Source of the DNA: Geosiphon pyriformis uo1
Lineage: Eukaryota; Fungi; Glomeromycota
DNA length: 64,000 nt
Assembly: GCA_016748015.1 (NCBI GenBank)
Contig: JAAOMT010000128.1
Location: 317,538 to 381,537 of the forward strand
Direction: 5' to 3'
Shown piece by piece: positions 35,866 through 50,800 of this stretch (positions are counted from its first letter, which is position 1; the number at the start of each line of letters is the position of its first letter). Made by a program: the position numbers and the translations under genes. Under the pieces are notes generated by a model, which saw only the letters and a list, made by a program, of their open reading frames with translations, had not been told where the DNA came from and did no database searches.

Positions 35866-37046
35866 TAAGACTTCCTCACCTTAGCCAGAGCCGAGCGAAT
35901 TATGTTAAAATTGGAACCTGACAGAAACAAAGACTTTATCACCAAAGCACTATTGACATCAAGCCTCTCTCATGTATTCAACAACGATACAAATTTTACA
36001 CTAGACAACAAATGAGATGCCTTAACCAGCTTGAACACAAGCAACTCAAGCTTGTGAAACCTAAAAGAACCCTTGGTAAAAACCTCATTATAACCCTTAA
36101 ACCATTTCTTTTTGAATGTTCCAACTGCTGAGAAAATCATTATTTTGCACACAATGTCCCATATAGCATCCAAATCTGAAGATTCTACAGAGGCAGTGAA
36201 ATCACTTGAGCACATTATGCCATTGGCCAACATAGCATCCTTAAAATTGTTCTACCCTTTCTCGCCAGCATCTCCGAAATTGAACTTCCAACAATCTTTA
36301 TTAGTCTGCTTGCACATCGAGTTCAGCTAAGAGTCAAGCAAGCCACCCAAACTCACAGAAACAGAAACAGCCTTATGATCAGTATCAAAAAAGTTCTTGA
36401 CACCAGTCACATCACGATCCACCACAGCATTGATTAAGTTTGAAGAGATGAACATATAGTCAATAGTCTTAACAACACCATGAGAGTTACCCCATGTTGG
36501 CATCTTAGCAAGCACACTTCCACTCAAGGCATTAACCAGATCCAGGTCAAAGCATTTTTTGAAACTGGTACTCTTATGAACACTATCCTTATTGAAGTTG
36601 CCACCTAAGACCACAAAAGATGATTTATTTACCACCATAGCAATCAAAGAATTGATGTCATCAGCCTGTGAGAATTGGACACACGAAGAGGCACCAGCAT
36701 AGAGACCCAAAACAGAAACCAAAAGTTTATTCTTGAAGAGGAGTCTGATGGAGAGAAGCCGACCGGGCACCTCAGAAACCTTGCAAATGTGTTTAGCCAA
36801 AGAATTGTTCATGACAATTGCCACACCAGAACCAAGACAACCAGAATCCAAACCAGAAGTGAACACCCAAACACCATCAAACTTGCCAGCAATCCATGAT
36901 CTAATCTTATCTTTAAGCTTAGATTCTGTGAAAATTGAAACCAAATTACTCATATCAAAGTGCCAGCGAACAACATCCACCTGTTTAGCAGAGTTATTCA
37001 AGCCCCGAACATTACAAGTAGCAAACTTTCAAACCAACTGACTTAT
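35866..37046 (-). pseudogene. LINE ORF2, N-terminal part: APE endonuclease and linker
   Basis: ATCNVRGLN, FTESKL, GSGVAI, LGGNFN (GDFN), TIDYMF, DTDHKAV. Confidence 0.92.
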
Positions 37047-38902
37047 TGAGAAAAAGGGAGAGCTGATGAACCTGAACCAGAACACAAAAGATCTAACCTA
37101 GCCAAAACAGAACTAACAGAAGCCTCCAGAGCTGACATCTTAGACTCCAAACCACCCACCTTGGTAGTTAGAACCTTTGAACTACTCGAATTGAAGCCAG
37201 CATCTATATCAACACTTGGAGAATAGGAATTGGACAATGCCAACTCACCATTTAGAGCCATGTCAGAATCCAAAACAGGGGCCAAAGGCACAGAGCCAAC
37301 CAAAAAAGGGGTACCAGAAGATGGAACCATGGGCACCAATTCAACAAAACTCAATTTCCTCAAAATACCAAACACTTGGTCAGCCAACAACTCGAGAAAG
37401 CATTCCAAAGACACCAAGCGAGCATTCAAAGAAGAATCGGCAAATGTAGAAAAGGGAGGACTACTGCCCAAATCTGAGGTCGTATAGAGAAAGAAACCAA
37501 CACCAAGACCAGAACCAGAAGGAGAGCCACCAGAAGGGGAAGCAAGAGAGACTACCTGGGCCCATGATTTGCCACCAAAGGCAGCAGGGCGAGATATAAG
37601 AACATTTTTCTTTGTATATAACTTAGCCAACTGGAGACAATCCACACTAGGAGCACGTCTTTTATTAAAATTATTCAAGAGATCAGAAGACAACATATCT
37701 GACGCATTGTACTCCAGAGCCAAATGACTAAGACGCCCACATTTTCCACACCGAACCAAATCCAACCTAGTCCAAGAAAGACAAACACCACCAAAAACAG
37801 GCTCAGTGAGAAAAGCAGAATTCAGATTATTTTCGGATTCGAAGCCAACCACAGCACAATGAACTCTATTGCCAGTGTCCAATAAATGATTAATGATACA
37901 AGTTCTGCCACTAGTTTTATCCAGAAGATTATTAAGATCATGTGCAGTTGTTCTCACTGGCAACATAAACAGAAGCGCTCTAAAATAATCCCTAGAGGCC
38001 CAGATATCATGATTTCTCATGGTTTTTGCCACATGCACAGAATTTTTCCCAATTAAGAAGGACCATTTCAAAGCCAATTGCTCTGCCTATCCCAATTTGG
38101 CGAATTCTACCACAGCCTTCTGTTACATTCCAATCAGCTGAATTTTAATTAATTTAATTTTCCCAAATTCAGATGCTGCGGCAATGATCATTTCCTTTGG
38201 TGTATTCATGAGAATTTCTTTGATGACTACAGCCTGATCTGAGCGAATTCCTTGTTTCTTAAGATCACTGTTTACTACAATGTTATTTTTTCCGGCCAAT
38301 GACACAGCCTTTTCCATGCTTTCTGATGAAGTAAATGATGATCGGATGATCCCTTCAAATTTTGAGGAAGTAGTGGTCCCCCCAAAACCATTGATTTTTG
38401 AAAAAAGTTTTCTGATCAACTGGGTCTTTGATGTAGCCGAATTTTCTTTCACAGCTGAGAGATTAATATTCAGAGCAAAAGACTTCTTGACAGCCACTTC
38501 CACAGAAGTTTTAATTATCTTAGGATTGACCCAAATTCTATTCAAAGGAATTTTCTTCTTGAGTGGGACCGGAAGGGGCTTTACTTTTTCATCCATTTCA
38601 AAGTTGGGAGAACTAATAGGAGAACCAAAATTTGCACCAGTATTAACTCTTTTAGCCTTGGGGGTGTTAACAGCCAAATCCAAAAGGGAGCCATCAAAAC
38701 TACCAGATATACTAACATTTTTATCATCACCAGATAGACTATCCGCATCAGAAAATGAACCAGTACCAGAACCAGATTTCAGAGATATATCTTTCTCATC
38801 ACCAGAGTGTTTAACATTGCCAAAAAGTTCCTTCTTTTTCTGAGAGAAAGAACCACCAGCAGAACCATGAAAGACACCCTTGGGCATTTTTTTTTTAGAC
38901 AT
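37043..38902 (-). pseudogene. LINE ORF1 (RRM-like region plus zinc knuckle)
   Basis: Two in-frame segments. SEFGKI...WSFLIGK; RCGKCGRLSHLALEY (CCHC with a C>Y change); C-terminal heptad-like region. Confidence 0.85.
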
Positions 38903-39758
38903 GTTGCCACCCAAAGCAGCCTCCAAGTCCACAATAAAAGGGTTATTAGACAAAGAAATGGTGATAAAGTATTAACAAGAAAAAATAAAAACTTCTTTTT
39001 TCAGAAAAGTACTCGTTGGGGTTTTTTGGACGTAAGAAAGAAAGAGATTATTAATTAGGTTAATAATCACTATCTAAGATTGAGTTTCAACAAAATTAAA
39101 TTATTTATGAGATATTCTATTTAAAAAGTTTTATTTAACTTAAAACTAATTAGTTTAATAAAGTTTTTTATAAATAAAGTATATAGTACTTAAAGAAAAA
39201 TAAGTTTTGTGTTTAAGAAACCAAATTTTTATATAAAATTTTTGGCTTTTTTAGTAATAGTTAAAACTTTTAGAATATTTAGTTATATAATACTTAGAAT
39301 TTTTACTTATATCTTAGAAATTGTTTTTTATAAGCTTTATATCTTCTATAATTTTATTAAGTTAACTGTAAAGCTTTAATTGTTTTCTATATAACAAATT
39401 TTTGTCTATAAACAAGATTTTTTTAATTATTTTTCTAAGTATATTAAAAAATAATAGTATGTTTGCTATTATGTTTTCAAATATTTATTTATTTATTTTA
39501 CTACCAATTTTTTTTTTCTAATTGTGGTTTTTTTTGGTTTAATAACAGTATATATTCTACTGTTATTAATTATAATAGTCTGTTTTTCAATGATTAGAAT
39601 AGCATTTAGATAATTTTTGATTTAATATTCATGAAGAATATAAAAAATATAAAAAATATTTTGATCTAAAAAATAATTTTTTATGTTAATTGAAAATACT
39701 TCTGTTTTAAAAATAATATATTTATTTATATCTGATTTTTGTTAATTATTTGGATTGA

Positions 39759-40323
39759 TATTACTTGATAGAAATTAACAAAAATTAAAAATATTATTAT
39801 TATAATATATTAACTAATTATTAAATAAAATCAAAAAACATGATATGTACAAATGTGTCCAATTTAATATAATTATAAACAAGTAAGCCAAAAAACACTT
39901 ACAGTTAAACAGAAGATCCAGTAGCTTAATAATTATTTATTAATTAGTTAAAATAAACATAATTATATATAACTCGAAATATATATATATATATAATAAC
40001 TTTCTAATTAGAAAAAAAAAACAGAGAGAAAATAATAAAGAACAAAAAGAAGTTAATTTAACAAAATAAACAAAAAAAAAGATGAAAAATTGGATTATAA
40101 TTCCAAAAAAAACTAAAAAATATGCTCTTTAAACTTTGTATTATAATATTTACTAATATTAAGATTAATGGAATTGAAAACCTTTTTTTTTTATAATTCA
40201 GTCTCTTATTAATGACCAAAAAAACCATTATTTTTTTTTTTGTTATTGTTTTTTTATTAATAAAAACAATAATAAAAACATCTAAGATACTAATAAAAGC
40301 ATAAATAAAATCCAAGTTTAACA
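39759..40323 (+). repeat. Degenerate family-K LTR-like repeat (3' boundary uncertain)
   Basis: TATTAC start. About 380 bp homologous, in inverted orientation, to 52101-52525, which ends ...GGATAACA. Confidence 0.55.
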
Positions 40324-40399
40324 AGATTAAAAATATATTAAAAGAATATTAACTATATGAAATTATCTAAAAATTATTTATAATAATACTTTGACCAAA

Positions 40400-43300
40400 A
40401 TTAACAGTTAATTTAAAAATCCAAAATAAACTTTTTATATTTTTAAAAAATAATCTCTAATCAAAATTATTTTATAAATACTAATTTTGTTTATTAATCA
40501 GATAACTTTTTTATGATTTGTAATAATATTAAATAAGTTATATAGTAAATATTATCTGAAATATTTTATGGTCTATATGATTACAAAACATTCTATTTTA
40601 TAAGCTATGTAGTTCTTTTCAGTTATGTTTAGATTTTTGCTAACATATATAACTATGTGTTTTTTTTTTTATTTTGTTGTAATAATACAGCATCTAGACC
40701 TGTTTTAAAGACATCAATTGTAAGTACAAATTTCTTGGTAAAATTGAAGTATACTAAAATGAAAGTTTTAGTAAATCTTTATTTCAGGTAATTAAATACT
40801 TATTCTTGTTTTTTACTTTATTTTTGTTTTATATTTTTAATTAATAATTAATTTAATGATTAAATCACTGTTAAGAAGTCTTTGACAAATCTTCAATAAT
40901 ATAAGGCAAGTTCTAAAAATTCTTGAAGTTTAGTTAGATTCTAAAGGTAAAAAAAATTTTAACTTTCTTAATTTTTGTAGAATCAGATTTTATTTCATTT
41001 TTTCCAATAATGTGTTTTAAGAAAATAAGTTGTGATTTTCTGAAAAAACATTTTTCAGAGATAAGTTTTAGTCTAGCAGTCTGAAGTTTTTCAAAAACTT
41101 ATTATAAATGTTTAAAATGCTCCTTAAATATTGGTAAAAATACATTCATGTTATTTAAGTAGATTATTATGAATTTTCACAAAATTTTGAAATAAACAAT
41201 ATTTATTAGCTATTAAAATATTATGAGAGTATTGCTTAATTTAAATGACATTACATTAAATTTATAATTGCTATTTTGAATTGTAAAAATAGTTTTTTTT
41301 CAATTATTGAAATCCATAACTATTTGCTAATATCAGTAAAATTTAAGATTAAGAACTATTTAGATTTTCTTAAAGTATTCAAGATTTTATTAATTTGTAA
41401 TAAAAAATAAACATTTTTTTTGGTAATATTATTGAGTTTTTTATAGTTGATACAGAATTGGATTTTTCTATTTTTTTTCATATTAGAATAACAGATAAAA
41501 ACTATAAATTCATAAAGAATTATATAAGTCTATTTTCTAATATTCAATTAACTTTTTCTTTTATAAAATTATGTTTAGATAATAATACTTAGTAAACATA
41601 TTGCTTAATGAGTAATGTATCTTCTGTATAAAATTTGGTAATAAACCAAGTTGATTTAACCAAACTTATTTTTTATGACAAAAATATTTGAATATTTTAA
41701 ATAAGTGTTTTTAATTGTTTTTGTTGTAAAAAGTCTAGTAATTCAAAATTAAGCTTAATTAATTTTTTATTGGTTATTTAGTAGTATTTAAGAATTGGTT
41801 TCAATAGAATTGGTTCAGTTTTACAATATAATACTAACTAAAAAAAGTCAAAGATTTTTTGAAGTTTATATTGATTAGTAATATCTGTACTTAGATATCT
41901 TAAGACTATATTTTCAGATAAATATATAGTTTTTTTAGATAAATTGTAAATAAGTATTTTTATTTACAGATAGTTATAGTGTGATATATATAAATTAATA
42001 ATACCAATTAGAAATTGTTCACAAAAAAAGTGTGTAGCTTAAATAAAAAATCTTTTTTTGTTGCTTTTTTATATGTGTTATATAAGTACATTTCAAATAG
42101 TAGAATTGTAATTATTTTATTAATTTGAATTATTTCTAAGTTTTTTCATGTTGTTTCTATATAGTCAATGGATAGTGTAACTATTTTTATAAAATCAAAA
42201 TTTTGAGTTCTGTATTTGGTCTTTTTTAGCTTTTTTTGGATTTTAATAATGATTAATTTAATAATTCAGAGTAAAAATAAGAAAATTGCTTGTATAATTC
42301 TTTTTTTTGGTTTAATTACATATAATCAGTCTGATTTATTATGTAATAGTACTTTAAAATTTTCCATGTATTCAAAATCCATAATTTTTTTTTGATGTTA
42401 ATTTTTTTTTTGGTTAAACTAGATTAAAAAACTATGTGTACTATAACTTTAGTTGATATTTTGAATGTTATTTTTAGATTAATTATAATAACAATAAATA
42501 ATTTCAAAATTAGTGTTTAGTTTTTGGAATATTAAAGATCAAATCTAATATTAGTTAAATGTATCTGCTTTAGAAAAATTCTTTGGTTGTTATTAATAAA
42601 CCATTTAATGTTAAATTTTTGTTAAAAATTAATAAAGATATAAATTGTCTAATAGCATTTCTAATATTTGTAAAGTTTTATTTTGTGTTTTATAGTCTGA
42701 ATAATTTCCAGATTAAACTGTTTTTTCAGATAGTTTAAACTGGATTTAACAGTTAAAATATTATTGTAATTAACAAAAAATTAAATAGTTCTTATACAGA
42801 TAAGTATTTATTTATATAAGATATTATTTTTGCTTTTTTCATATTAGACAAAATTCTTGTAAAAAGTTTAAAGAGTTGTACCTAGCAACTTTTTTGATAA
42901 CTTCTAATAATACTTTCTAATTTCAAATATTTTTAGTTATTTTATCTTATATACTTGCTTTAATTATATTATATAGTTGTTTGGTATTATGTAAGTAATA
43001 ATATATGTAATTTAAAACTTTATTATAAGCAGCATTAAAAAAAAATTTTTTCTTATCTAGTTGGTAATAAGAACAGTATATTAACAAATAAAATCACATA
43101 TGGCTTTACTGAATTATATATTAATTTAGCTGTATTTATTAGGTAAGATTTTTTTACATGTAATATAAAAAGTTTTGTCTTATTTTTCTGATTGTTTTGA
43201 ATATTTGTATGTTTTTTTTGTAATATCAGTTACAATAATAGTGGGTAGTCTATTGGTTATTTTTATATAGAACAATATAAATTGTTATAAAAAATAGTTT

Positions 43301-43417
43301 TTTTTGGCAAACTAAATATTGTAATCTTGATTAATAACTTTAGTAATATTGGAAGCAAAAAAAATAAAACAATATAAAGTTGGAAGTTTTATTAGTTTAT
43401 ATAGAAACAGATAATAG
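40400..43417 (-). mobile_element. Element D: heavily decayed Gypsy internal region (PR, dUTPase, RT, RNase H)
   Basis: Remnants: LKLISEKCFFRKSQLIFLKHIIGK (about 41000-41080), ILVYFNFTKKFVLTIDV (about 40710-40760), GFDL-like at about 42540, IF.PL region at about 42280. Confidence 0.7.
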
Positions 43418-44089
43418 TGTTATAGTTGAAACCTATACTTTTTATTAATTATTACATATATTAATCACTGATGTCATATAATCAGCCATTCTATTTTTAG
43501 ATAGTGATCATTGACCTGATCATTGACCTAGTTGTTGGCTTGATCATTGACCACTTTTAATAGCTATATAAGTGATGAATCTCTTAGCTATAGAAAAGCA
43601 TGTAAGAATCAAAAAATATAAATAAATAAATAAAATAACAACTTCCATTTCAATCATTCTCTTATTGCTAAATTCCTTTTTTCTATCTTTAAGTATCTGA
43701 ACATTTTAGGATAAAAAATTACTTGTTGGCATTTACCTACCCTTTTTCTTGAAATGTGTAATTGCAGTATTTAAAAATTATTGAATAAAACATAACTAAA
43801 AAATACATCTGATACCTGATATTGAATTTTAAGAGTGCTGATGTAAGGCATAAAATTATACCAGTGTGTGATTATTTGTTGACAGTATGGACTATCTCTT
43901 TATCTTCAGATTCTCTGGTTATTTTTTGAAAAGTATAACAACTGAGATATTTTATGAAACTGATCTTGCACATTGAATTCATACTTATTTAATTTACTCC
44001 TTGAAATTAAATTTCCTTTGATTTTTTTCATCACCTTACAATTCTGTTCTCCTTTGTTATCTGTTAACTTGTTATTCTAATCTGTAACA
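43418..44089 (+). repeat. Solo LTR, family F
   Basis: TGTTATAG...TGTAACA; reverse complement of 51356-52100. Flanks ATAG / ATAA fit a 4-bp TSD with one G>A change. TGATCATTGACC repeats. Confidence 0.88.
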
Positions 44090-44317
44090 ATAATTTTTTA
44101 TAGTTGTTTTTGTTTTATGTAACCTAATATATTTTGATGGTTTTTGTTTTTAACATTTCTTTAAATTTGAATTAAAGTAAATTGTTTATGTAGGAATTTT
44201 TTTTAAAATATTTACACATAGCAGATACTTATATATATTGTCTTTAATATGTTAGTTATAACTCTTAAGTTTATTAATTCAAAATGGTATTTGTTTTTCT
44301 TAACCAATTATTTCTGA

Positions 44318-45072
44318 TATTACTCATAAAAAAAGAATACCAAAAAAAAACAAAAAAAACAAATTATAAAATAGACCAATAAAAAAATAATACTCAATAA
44401 ATAAGTATATTTTTAGAAAATTATAATACATTTTTAGAAATATGTATATTTTCAAAAAATGAACATATTTCCAGTAAATCACAATATATTTTCAGAAATA
44501 AGCATATTTTTAGAAAATAATATAGAAAAAAAATAAAAATATATGAGATTTTATATAATACAAATTATATATATATAATGAAAATATTAGAAGCAAAAAA
44601 AATAGAACAGTAACAGAAAACAGAAATTAAAAATAAGTAATTATCCAATATTTATTTTTTCAAAAAATAGTTTTTTATAACTTAAAATGGAATTATACTT
44701 ATATTAATAAAAATTTCTATTATTATCCAAATACATATTATTATTGTTTAATTAAGAAATATTAATTACTTTTATACTATTAACAATTCATGTTAATAAA
44801 ATTTAATATTTAACTATATTGAATCAATAGTTCTTGATTATAATTATTAATAGGATATTAAATTTTTATTTTTTTTTATTTTTTTTATTTTTGCTTTCTT
44901 TGTTGTTTACTAATTAATTAAGAGATTAAGTATTAAATAATTAATATTAAGAATAGTCTAGTAAAAAACTTATAAAACAAGAATAAAAAAACTTAAAGAT
45001 AGCTTACCAAAAAAACACAACTGTTAAAATAAACTGGTCACTATATTGAAAACAAAAATTGGAAAAAACTAT
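44318..45072 (+). repeat. Decayed C-related LTR (G), truncated by element E
   Basis: TATTACTCATA start. Matches C LTR motifs (CAATAGTTCTTGATT..., TAGCTTACCAA...AACTGGTCAC...GGAAAAAACT). Confidence 0.7.
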
Positions 45073-48000
45073 TGTTATAGGTGAATATTTAAGATGTTGG
45101 TACAAATAATAAACTTATAATTTGGTACTCAATAGCTAATTATGTTAGTAATATTTGAAAATTTTAGTAATCTAAAGATATTGGTTGAGTTTTTTATATA
45201 ATAAACAGAAATTCAATAATTGTTTTAGTACCCTTTCAGAAACTTATTCTGTAAATTTTTTTCTCAACTTGATAGCTGGTTTCTCTTAATAAGCTATTCT
45301 TAATTTCAGAGTTTCTATCTTTTTTTCTGGATTTTTTAGCAGTATTTCTTAATGTTAATAACTCTGCATATTAATTTTTTAATCAATTAGTAAACAACAA
45401 TAAAAATAAAAAAAATAAAAAAAAATAAAAAAATTAGTATTCTATTAATAGCCATAATTAAGAGTTATTGGTTCAATAGAGTTAAGTGTTGGATTCTATC
45501 AATATGAAGTGTTAATAGAGTGGAAATATTTTAACATTCTTTAATTAAATGACAATAATATAGATTCAAGTAATAATAAATATTTTATTGATATGTAATT
45601 TATTTCTGTTTCAAGTTATAGAAAACTATTTTTTAAAGGAAAAGATATTAGATAATTTAATTAATTATTGGTATCTATTTTGAAATCAATTTTTAATTGA
45701 ATTTTTTTTTTCTGCTTTTAATACTCTTATTATATATACATAATTAATATTATACAAGATTTCTTGAATTTCTTTAATTTTTTTAGTCAGGAATTCTAAA
45801 ATTTCTTTTTTTTACTATACCTATTTTTAATTGGCCAATTTATATCCTTATAAAATCCTTAAATTTTTTTGAGTAACATTATTTCCTTTTTTTTAATATT
45901 GAGCTCTATCAAAATCTTCTGAATTTTCTAATTCTTCTTCTTGAATTAACTCTTTAACTTTTTTTCAAGAATTACTTAAAAATTTTAATTTGTAATTTTT
46001 CAAATTAGGCATTAGTAATTCTTCTTAATTGATTAATAGTTACTATGTTCATTGTTGAATGAAGTAGTATTTCTGATCAGTCTTGAAATTCTGCTTGTAA
46101 CCAGTATATAACTTATGTTTGTGTAGATAAGTTGTTTTTTTTCACAAATTGTTTGAATTGGTGTAATATTGTTATATTAAACAATTATTTTGTTTTGTTA
46201 GTATATAAATTCTAAATATTAAGGTTTTGTCTCAAGTGGTAATAGCAAAAGTTTTTTAAAAATTGTTGTGTTCATTATTTTCAGTTTTTTTCTGTTAATT
46301 TTTTATATAGTATTGTTGTTTTTGATGTTTCTACTAATAATTTTACTTTTATTAATATAATATTTACTATATTTTTCAATTTTTTGTATATTTTGTATTG
46401 GTTTTTTGGCTTTTTTTTTCTATTTTTGTATTAAATAATTTGTTAATTGATTATAATTTCTATGTTTTGTTGTTGGTATTTAGATATTATTAGTAATTTT
46501 CATTTTTTTGTTTGCTTTTATCACATATATTAGTTCTTTATATATCTTTTTATTATATCTATTTTGACATGTTTGTGTTAATAATTATGATTGGTTCTAG
46601 ATTTCATAGAATTTTATCTGATTAGACTAATATTTATTGTACTTCCAGTTGTAAAATATTACTAATAAATGATAATGTTATATTGTAATATGGTTTTAAT
46701 TAATCTTCATATATTGTTTTAACTAAGATTTTGTTGTCTTATCTTAGTTTATAAGTTCTATTTTCTAGAATTTCTTCAATGTAAAATAGTTTGTTCCATT
46801 TGGAATCAAATTTTTTACTTCATTGTTTTTCTGCTTTGGTATAATACAAGAGTATTTTGTCTTCAATCCTAAATTCAACTGGTTTATCTGGTAATTGGTT
46901 ATTATGTTATTCTTTTTGTTTTTTTTGTAACTTTTGAATATTTTCAACTGTTTTTTGTTTTTTGTTTTCTAATGTTTTCATTAAGTCATATGTTTTTTTT
47001 AACAATGTTCTTTAAAAGTTGGTTTCTGTTATTGGTTTTATTAGATATGTATTAATATCTATCTCAACTATAATATTGATGTTTTATCATAAACAAGTTC
47101 AAATAGTATTACTTGTATAATATCTTGCTTTATTGTTTAATAAGCAAATAATACTAATAATATAAACAAATTTTATTCATTTTGGTTTTCTTAGTTGATC
47201 TTGGCTATTGTTTTATACAATGTTTTATTGAACTTTTTGACTAAGCCATTTGTTTATAGATGGTATGATGATGATAATAGTCTCTTGATTCCAAATTTTT
47301 AACTTAATTCTGTTAATGTTCTGTTTACAAAGTGAGTTTTTTGGTTTAATAATAATTTTTTTGTATATTCATGTCAACAAATTAAGTTTTGGTATATGAA
47401 TTTGGCTTCAGATTTTGTATCTGCTTTTTGAATTGCTTTTACTTTTGGTCATTTTGTAAAATAATCTATGGTTATTGCTATGTAATAATTGCTTTTACTT
47501 ATTATTATTAACAGTTTGACTAAGTTAATTCTAATTCAATCAAATAATTGTCCTACTTTAATTGGTTTTAGTGGTTTATTGGGTCTTGTTTTTTTTTTTT
47601 GACAAATATTATAATTTTGAACATATTAGATAATGTCTGAATACATAGATAGCCAATAGTATCTTTTTTTGGTTCTTTTCATAATTGCTTCTTTATAAAA
47701 ATATCCAGTTGTTGAATCTGAATATATGTTGAATAATATTGTTTTTTTTTTGGTTCTAATTACTCTAAGTAACTAATCTGAATATTTTCTGTTTTTCTGG
47801 TATAATATATTTTGATAAGTGATAAAATATTTTGCTTGTTGTTTTATGTTGTTTTGTTTTTTTTGAGATAAATTTTCCTTAAATTATTGAATATTAATAT
47901 AATATTAGAGTTGTTGATATTTTTGTGTGTTTATTTTTTATGTTATTTTTGAGTTAAAATGTTCTTAAATTTGTTTTATTTGCAACAAACCATTGGCATT

Positions 48001-50800
48001 TTTATTTTTTTTCTCTTTTTATAATATACTGTATAATTGAATAGTAATAGTTTTATTTTCCATCTTGCATAGTAATTATCTTCAAATTCTTGTTTCTGAA
48101 TTAATGTTAATCTTTTGTGATCAATATACATATCAAACTTTTGGCTCAAGTATTTTTTTTATTTAATAACAGTCCAATAAATAGCTAAGTGTTCTAATAC
48201 TAAGGTTTTATAGTTTTTTTTAACTGGACTTAAACTTTAACTAACATATGCCACTAGATGTTCTTGCTTATTTGTTTCTTTTTGTAACAATACAGCTCTC
48301 AATGTCTAATTAGATGCATCAGTAATAATGATAAATAGTTTGTTGTAATCTGAATAGATTAGTACTAAAGCTTAAATAAGCTTTTTTTTTAAGATGTCAA
48401 AAGTTTTTTGTTGGGTTTTGGTCTATTTATATTTTACATTTTTTGCTTAAAACTGGTGCAGTGATTGTGCTAGTTTGGAAAAATTCTGGATAAAGTGGCA
48501 ATAGTATTCTGTAAATTCCAAAAATGCTCTTAATTCTGTTAAGTTGGTTGATACTAAAAAGTTTTTGACTATCTTGATTTTATCTGGATCTATTTTGATG
48601 CCATTTTTGTTTACAAAATGTTTTAAAAACTTGAATTTTATTTTTCCAAAAAAACACTTGGTAGCATTCAACTTTAATTTAGCTTTTTTTAGTCTTTTAA
48701 ACACTTGTTGTAAATAGTAAAAATGGTCATCAAATGTTTTGGAAAACACATTGGTATTATTTAAGTAAACTATTACTGATTTTTATAGTAATTTAGTGTA
48801 GACAATTTCCATAAGCCATTGAAAGGTGGCTGAAGCATTGGTTAAATCAAATAACATAATATTAAATTCAAAGTTTTTTTCTCTAATTATGAATACTGTT
48901 TTCTCTTTGTTGGCTGAATTTATGGCTATTTGCTAGTAACTATTGTTTAATTCTAGTGTTGAAAACCATTTTTTTCTTCCAAAAGCATTAAATAATTCTT
49001 GGATCTGTGAAGTTGGATAATTATTTCTATGAATAATACTGTTAAGCTTTTTATAATCTACAAAAAAGTGAATTTTTTTATTTTTCTTACAGACAAGTAT
49101 TACTAATAATGATTATAGATTCATTGATAATTGAATTAACTTATTGTCTAACATTCTGTTAATTTTCTGTTGGATGATTTTATGGCTAGCTGGTAGTACT
49201 CAATATGCTTTTTGTTTAATTAATATTGTATTTCTAGTTTTAATCTAATGTTGGATGATGTTAGTTCTTCCAAATTTATTTTTATTGGCAAAGATATCAG
49301 TAAAGTTATTAAGTAGTATTTTAAGTTGTATTTGTTAAAATGGATTTAAGTTTCCCAAGTTTATTTGTTCTAATTGTTCTGATTAAAGCAAATAACATTT
49401 TTTTTGTCTGTATATTGTTTATGATGTAATATTTACATATTTACAAAGTTGTGAAAAATCTGAAATAGTATTTAGTGATTAGTTTTCAACTTTAGTGCTC
49501 AAGTATTTGATGATAGTTTTATTTGGTATTTTAATTAGATTTCTAGTTATATTGTATATTAAAATTTTGATGTATTTGTTGTTTTTGACTAATATATAAA
49601 GATTGGTAATAACAATTTTTCTTGATGTATAAATGTTTGTTTCTGTTTCAAAAATTTGGGGTTAGTCTTTTACTTTTTTTTTTATAACTACTATATATTG
49701 GTTATATAATAGAATAGAAATTGATTGATTGATAGAAATAATTTCTTTTGTATTAACTGTTTCTTTTTCTATTATATTAATTAATATATTTATTTTATTT
49801 ATTGATTTGAATCTATTAATTTCTTTTATTGTAATCCTTAATTCTTTCTTTGTTCCTATTAAAACTAACTGAGCTATTTTAACTAAAGATAAAAATATTG
49901 TTTGTGCTATTTTTTTATTTGGTTTAATAATATATTTTTTTTCTAAGTTATTTTGTAGTATTGCAATAATATTTTTTACATATTCTGTATCAATTATTTC
50001 TTTTCTAATATTAATCTTTTTTTTTATTAAGTTAAATTTAATACTAGTTAAACTATTGTTATTGCTAAAATTTCCAGTATTATTTTTAGATCTATACTAG
50101 TGCATAAATGTGATTTCAATTTGATGACAGTTTTCTCTAAATATTTAAGATTAAATTTTGTATTAGTATTATGTATATGTTCTGATATAATATCTTTTTC
50201 ATTATTATTGAACCATTTTAGTTTCTGCTCTATTGATAAATTTGAAAGCATAATATATTGTTCAGAGTTGTGATTGGAATTTGAATTGTTTTTATTGTTG
50301 CCATAGTAAATAAAGTTGGAATCATTGTTGTCATTATCATTAAAATCTGAATTGTAATTGAATTTTAATTCCAATTTTGCTGCACACTTGCTAATTGGTT
50401 TTTTTTATAGAAATCAAATAGATTATATGTGATAGTAAATTATAGATGAAATTACAATTATTATAGTATTCAAAATCACTAAAAATTAAGCAATATTTGT
50501 ATAGTCTCATGTTTAGTTGTTCCAGTTTTTGCTCTTGTTTTTTACAAGTTGGTGTTAGGTTTTAGTAGTGCTCATAGAATTGTTTAAAATTGTTCATAAT
50601 ATTATTATTGAAATTGAAAATTAGAACAAATTCAGATTTAGAAAGTATTAGTGAGTTATTTTTAATTTTTAGTATTTTATTGATTAAAATGCCTTCAGCT
50701 TTAGCACTCACTATTCTCCAAATCTTATGTTTATTATATAGATAATCTTTCAATCATCTCAGTACTTATTTTCAGATGACATTAATTGGAGTTTTTTTTT
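45073..50800 (-). mobile_element. Element E: decayed C-like Gypsy element (3' LTR 45073-45878, ORF3, IN, RH, RT, dUTPase, part of Cys-rich region), 5'-truncated
   Basis: Collinear with C 16870-22730. FSKTFDDHFYYLQQVF; DFDRAQY*; TAA after RNase H at 47965-47967. Confidence 0.9.

Larger units (their letters stand above)
11791..39044 (-). mobile_element. Full-length LINE of about 6.8 kb (ORF1 plus APE-RT-RNase H ORF2), interrupted by element B
   Basis: ORF2 reads continuously across the B insertion (ALAKVRKSYH|SAKLLESRC). AATAAA and short A-tail at 11791-11800. Candidate TSD AGATTATTA at 11782-11790 / 39045-39053. Confidence 0.92.
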
